A DNA stretch of 64,000 bases, from contig NW_003314265.1 in the NCBI RefSeq assembly GCF_000143415.4, forward strand, positions 2,435,181 to 2,499,180. The letters run 5' to 3'. Of the stretch, positions 60,540 to 64,000 are shown in pieces (positions within the stretch are counted from its first letter, which is position 1; the number at the start of each line of letters is the position of its first letter). The translations under genes were made by a program, and so were the position numbers. A model generated the notes under the pieces. It searched no databases. It was given only the letters and a program-made list of their open reading frames with translations, and was not told the DNA's origin. This DNA is from Selaginella moellendorffii (Eukaryota > Plantae > Lycopodiophyta).

Positions 60540-63500
60540 TGTAGCACACCTTATCTCTCTCCCCTTAAGCCAACTGGAAAAGGGGCAATTGCTTGATGAG
60601 AGAGCCCTTAGTGGCTATTTTATCCCTAAGGTGACGGTGACTTGCCAGATCATAACATTGGTATCAGAGGATTGGTTGCGATGGCCGACCAAGCTGAACG
60701 CTGGAATCCTATTGTCGATGGTGGTACCGACAATGGTGCCAACAAAGCTGCGGAGATTTGGACCATTCAAGATGTGGTTCATGAGCTGCAAGCCCTTAAT
60801 CGAAATTAGCAAGAGATGCAAGACGAGATGCATGGCATGATGGATACCATGCGTGGGCGTGTTAAGGCACTCGAGGCTGGACGGGGTAGCGCTCCAAGTA
60901 AGCCTTCTTTGGTAGATCGACTCAAGATTCCAACCTTTTCCGGTGATGGTGGTGTGGACGAGTGTCTTGCTTGGCTAGCCAATGTGAAGAATTTCTTGGC
61001 TGCTAGAGGAACTCCAGATGCAGAGGCTTTAGTGGCTATTCCGATAGTTTTGCGTGATGCAGGTCTTCGATGGTGGAATTGGCTTGAGGAGTCCCGTGTT
61101 GCGGATAAGAAACCACCAGTGTCTACCATGGATGAGTTTGAGGCTGCTTTCCATTTACGTTTTGCCCCTCATTATGACGTGGAGAATGCTCGTACAGAAC
61201 TTCGCCATTTCCAGCAAGGGAAAATGACGCTCGGGGATTATATTGAGAAGCTTACTCGCTTGATTAGTCGTGTTCCAACGAAGGATCCAGATCAGAACAA
61301 GTCCTACTTCATTGATGGCCTACATAGTGAGAGCATGCGGCAACACTTGCATCATTCTCAGCCTACAAAGAGTTTGGAGGAGCTCTTTGATGCGGCTCGT
61401 CGACTTGACAATGACAAGCACAAGTCTTGCAAGCGTTCGCGGAGTCCTTCTGTCGAGAATCGTCATGATGATCGCCGTGGACACAAGGATGGGAACAAGC
61501 ATCACAAGTTGAAGTCGGTGGTGACTACTTCAGATGCAAAGGGGTCCAAGAAGCAGAAGTTCTTTGTGAAGAATTATAGACAAGGTTGTCATCATTGCGG
61601 TGAACTTGGACACTACAAGGCTGATTGTCCGCAGTTGAAGAACAAGCAGCAGGACAAGAAGAATGGCCAATCTTCTTCTCACGGTAAGTCCAATACTAAA
61701 AAGTTGCAAACTTTGTAGCGTGAGGATGAGGAGAACGACCATTCTGGTCGGAGGAAGTGACTTTCGATCGTTGTTCGTCAACTCAACTGTGTGTGGAACA
61801 AGATGGAGCTCGAGGATACGTGTGAATCAGCTTTAATGCTGGAGGGCGTGTTCCGTGGCGATCCAGTGTGGATTTTACTGGATAGTGGGAGCGATGACAA
61901 CTTTGTTTCAGCAAAGTTTGTTGCGAAGCAGTGCCTGAACACACGTGGAGTTCTTCCATACACAGTGGAAGGTGCAGCTACCTCTGCTCAGCATTTCGAT
62001 GCTTGTGTCGAGGGGCTGGAAGTGTTGGTTGGCAAAACCACACTTGTGGAGACTTTTTATCTCGCGGATATCCATCGTGTGGATCTCATTCTTGGGATGC
62101 CATGGTTAGTGAAGGTGGATCCAACGATAAAGTGGAGCATTAAGCGTATCTCGCTGGAGTATGGTGGCGTTAAAGATGTGTGGTTTGGCGAGGGCGTTCA
62201 ACCACCAGTTGTTATGCTCTCTGCTACATCTTTGAAGCGGGCTTGTCGTAATGGAAAAACACTTTCAAGTTACTTGCTGTTTGTTCGTAACTTGGGGGAC
62301 CAAGGCACGTGTGGGGGAGAAGCAGTAGTACGGGATGTACTTGACGAGTTTTCTGATGTTTTTCCATCTGAACTTCCTCATGGATTACCTCCGTTACGAG
62401 GTGTGGAGCATGGGATTACATTGGAGCCGGGGACACGGCCAATTTATCGGCGTCCATTTCTGTTAAGTTATGCGGAGGAGCAAGAAGTTCAACGACAAGT
62501 CAAGGAGTTACTTGAGTTTGGATTTATTCAGCCAAGTAAATCTCCGTTTGGTGCTCCGGTCTTGCTTGTGAAGAAGAAAGACGGTTCAATGCGGATGTGT
62601 ATTGACTACCGTGCTTTAAACAAGAAGACAGTGAAGGACAAGATGCCGATGCCACGTGTGGATGATATCCTGGACAAGCTTGGCGAAGCACGAGTGTTTA
62701 CCAAGATTGATCTGAGGAGTGGATATCATCAGATTGCAATGGATGATGCATCTATCTCCAAGACGGCATTCAACACAAGCTTCGGACATTTTGAGTTTAC
62801 CGTTATGCCGTTTGGTTTGACGAATGCACCGGCCACATTTACTCGGTTGATGACGGAGGTATTTGGGTGTTATCTTCATGAGTTTGTGGAGATTTTCTTG
62901 GACGATATTCTTGTTTTTAGCAAGAATATGGAAGAGCATAGGGTGCATTTGCGCAAGGTTCTTTTCTTACTCTGAGACAGCAAACTTTATGCGAAGAAGA
63001 GCAAATGTGAATTTGCAAAGTCGGAGGTGGAATATCTAGGCCATATTGTGACATCTAAGGGTGTCAAGACGGATCCAAGGAAGGTGGCTGTGGTGGAAAA
63101 CTGGCCTACACCGACTACAGTGGCCGAGTTGCGCAGTTTTCTTGGTATGGCTAGTTACTACCGACGTTTCCAGCATAAGTTTGCAGAGGTGGCTATTCCG
63201 TTGACGCGGTTGTTACGCAAGAATGTGCCATTCGAGTGGAAGACGCCACAAGAGGAGAGTTTTGTGGCGCTGAAACGATTGTTGATCGAGGCTCCAGTGC
63301 TTCGCATTGCTGATCCATCGAAACCTTACGAGGTGACATGCGATGTGAGTGGTTATGCATTGGGAGGAGTTCTCATGCAAGAGGGATAGCCTATTGCATA
63401 TGAGAGTCGAACTTTGAATTCCGCGGAGCAATGCTATTCCACATATGAGCAAGAGTTACTCTCTATTGTTCATGCTTTGCGGACGTGGCGGCACTATCTT

Positions 63501-64000
63501 TATAGTGCAGTATTCGTGGTGTTGACAGATCACAAACAACTTGTGTATCTTTTCACACAGAAGGAGTTGAACACTAGGCAAGCTCGTTGGATGGTCAAAC
63601 TCATGGAGTTTGGGGAGTTTCCTATTGAGCATCGTCCGGGAAAATCAAATGTGGTGGCAGATGCTTTATCTCGTGTTCGTCATGTAACGACGTTACGAAC
63701 ACGATTTTGTCATCATTTGAGTAAGGTGGTCAGCGAGTTTGGGCAGTTGGTTGAGCATGCTCAGGCTCAGGATGCTGAGGTGGTCTCTTTGCGAGCCCAG
63801 ATGGAAGCCCCTTTCTCATTGGTGGATGGGATTCTTTACTACAATGGCCGTGTATATTTGCCACGGGTGGATGCGTTAATTACTCAAGTTTTATTCCACT
63901 ATCATGATCGTCCAGAGGCTGGTCATTTTGGGGGGAAGAAGACGTATGAGTTGATTAAGCGCAAATTTTATTGGAGGAATATGAAGGCTGATATCCTCAA
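60540..64000 (+). mobile_element. Ty3/Gypsy LTR retrotransposon (118-bp 5' LTR 60540-60657, PBS 60659-60670), runs off the window
   Basis: TGTAGCAC...ATAACA, then TGGTATCAGAG, followed by gag-pol. Confidence 0.92.
60681..64000 (+). pseudogene. gag-pol polyprotein (gag, CCHC, protease, RT, RNase H, start of integrase) with in-frame stops
   Basis: [55 protein letters not shown] and HDRPEAGH. Stops at 60807, 61716, 62973 and 63387 fit C-to-T changes in a single frame. Confidence 0.9.

Noticed and set aside
61716-61718. Programmed gag-pol stop-codon readthrough
   Set aside because: Three other in-frame TAG/TGA stops in the same frame point to C-to-T decay, and there is no CARYYA readthrough context.

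Overview
Repeat-dense land-plant genomic window. The ~50-bp GT-AG introns, G-type lectin RLK and Ole e 1/extensin gene fit a compact lycophyte such as Selaginella (inference). Most of it is nested, decaying transposons. The main result is in 1-36.5 kb. A ~18-kb DNA transposon (629-18582) has 22-bp TIRs and has inserted into a MULE-like transposase gene, whose reading frame is restored when the element is removed. It encodes a Sola-like DDE/D transposase (-) and, divergently, a large spliced gene (+) with a ParB/Srx-like domain, a degenerate amino-methyltransferase-like fold and an FCP1/NIF phosphatase. At least 25 copies of a 22-bp palindrome ATGGCRTG-N6-CAYGCCAT are scattered through it, in introns, exons and spacers, and I saw none outside the TIRs. 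The MULE-like locus it invaded has the same layout: a divergent transposase, a clear ParB (DGNHR) + beta-class DNA amino-methyltransferase fusion, and its own different palindrome GTYGGTTC-N6-GAACCRAY. Together these suggest a transposon-borne ParB/parS-like self-marking module shared by two unrelated transposase superfamilies (hypothesis). The rest is nested LTR retroelements (several with TSDs, one with a small inversion), a LINE 3' fragment, a hAT remnant, a lectin-RLK pseudogene, an Ole e 1-extensin gene running into an 857-N gap, and a Ty3/Gypsy element running off the right edge. All domain calls are by eye from motifs; no searches were run.
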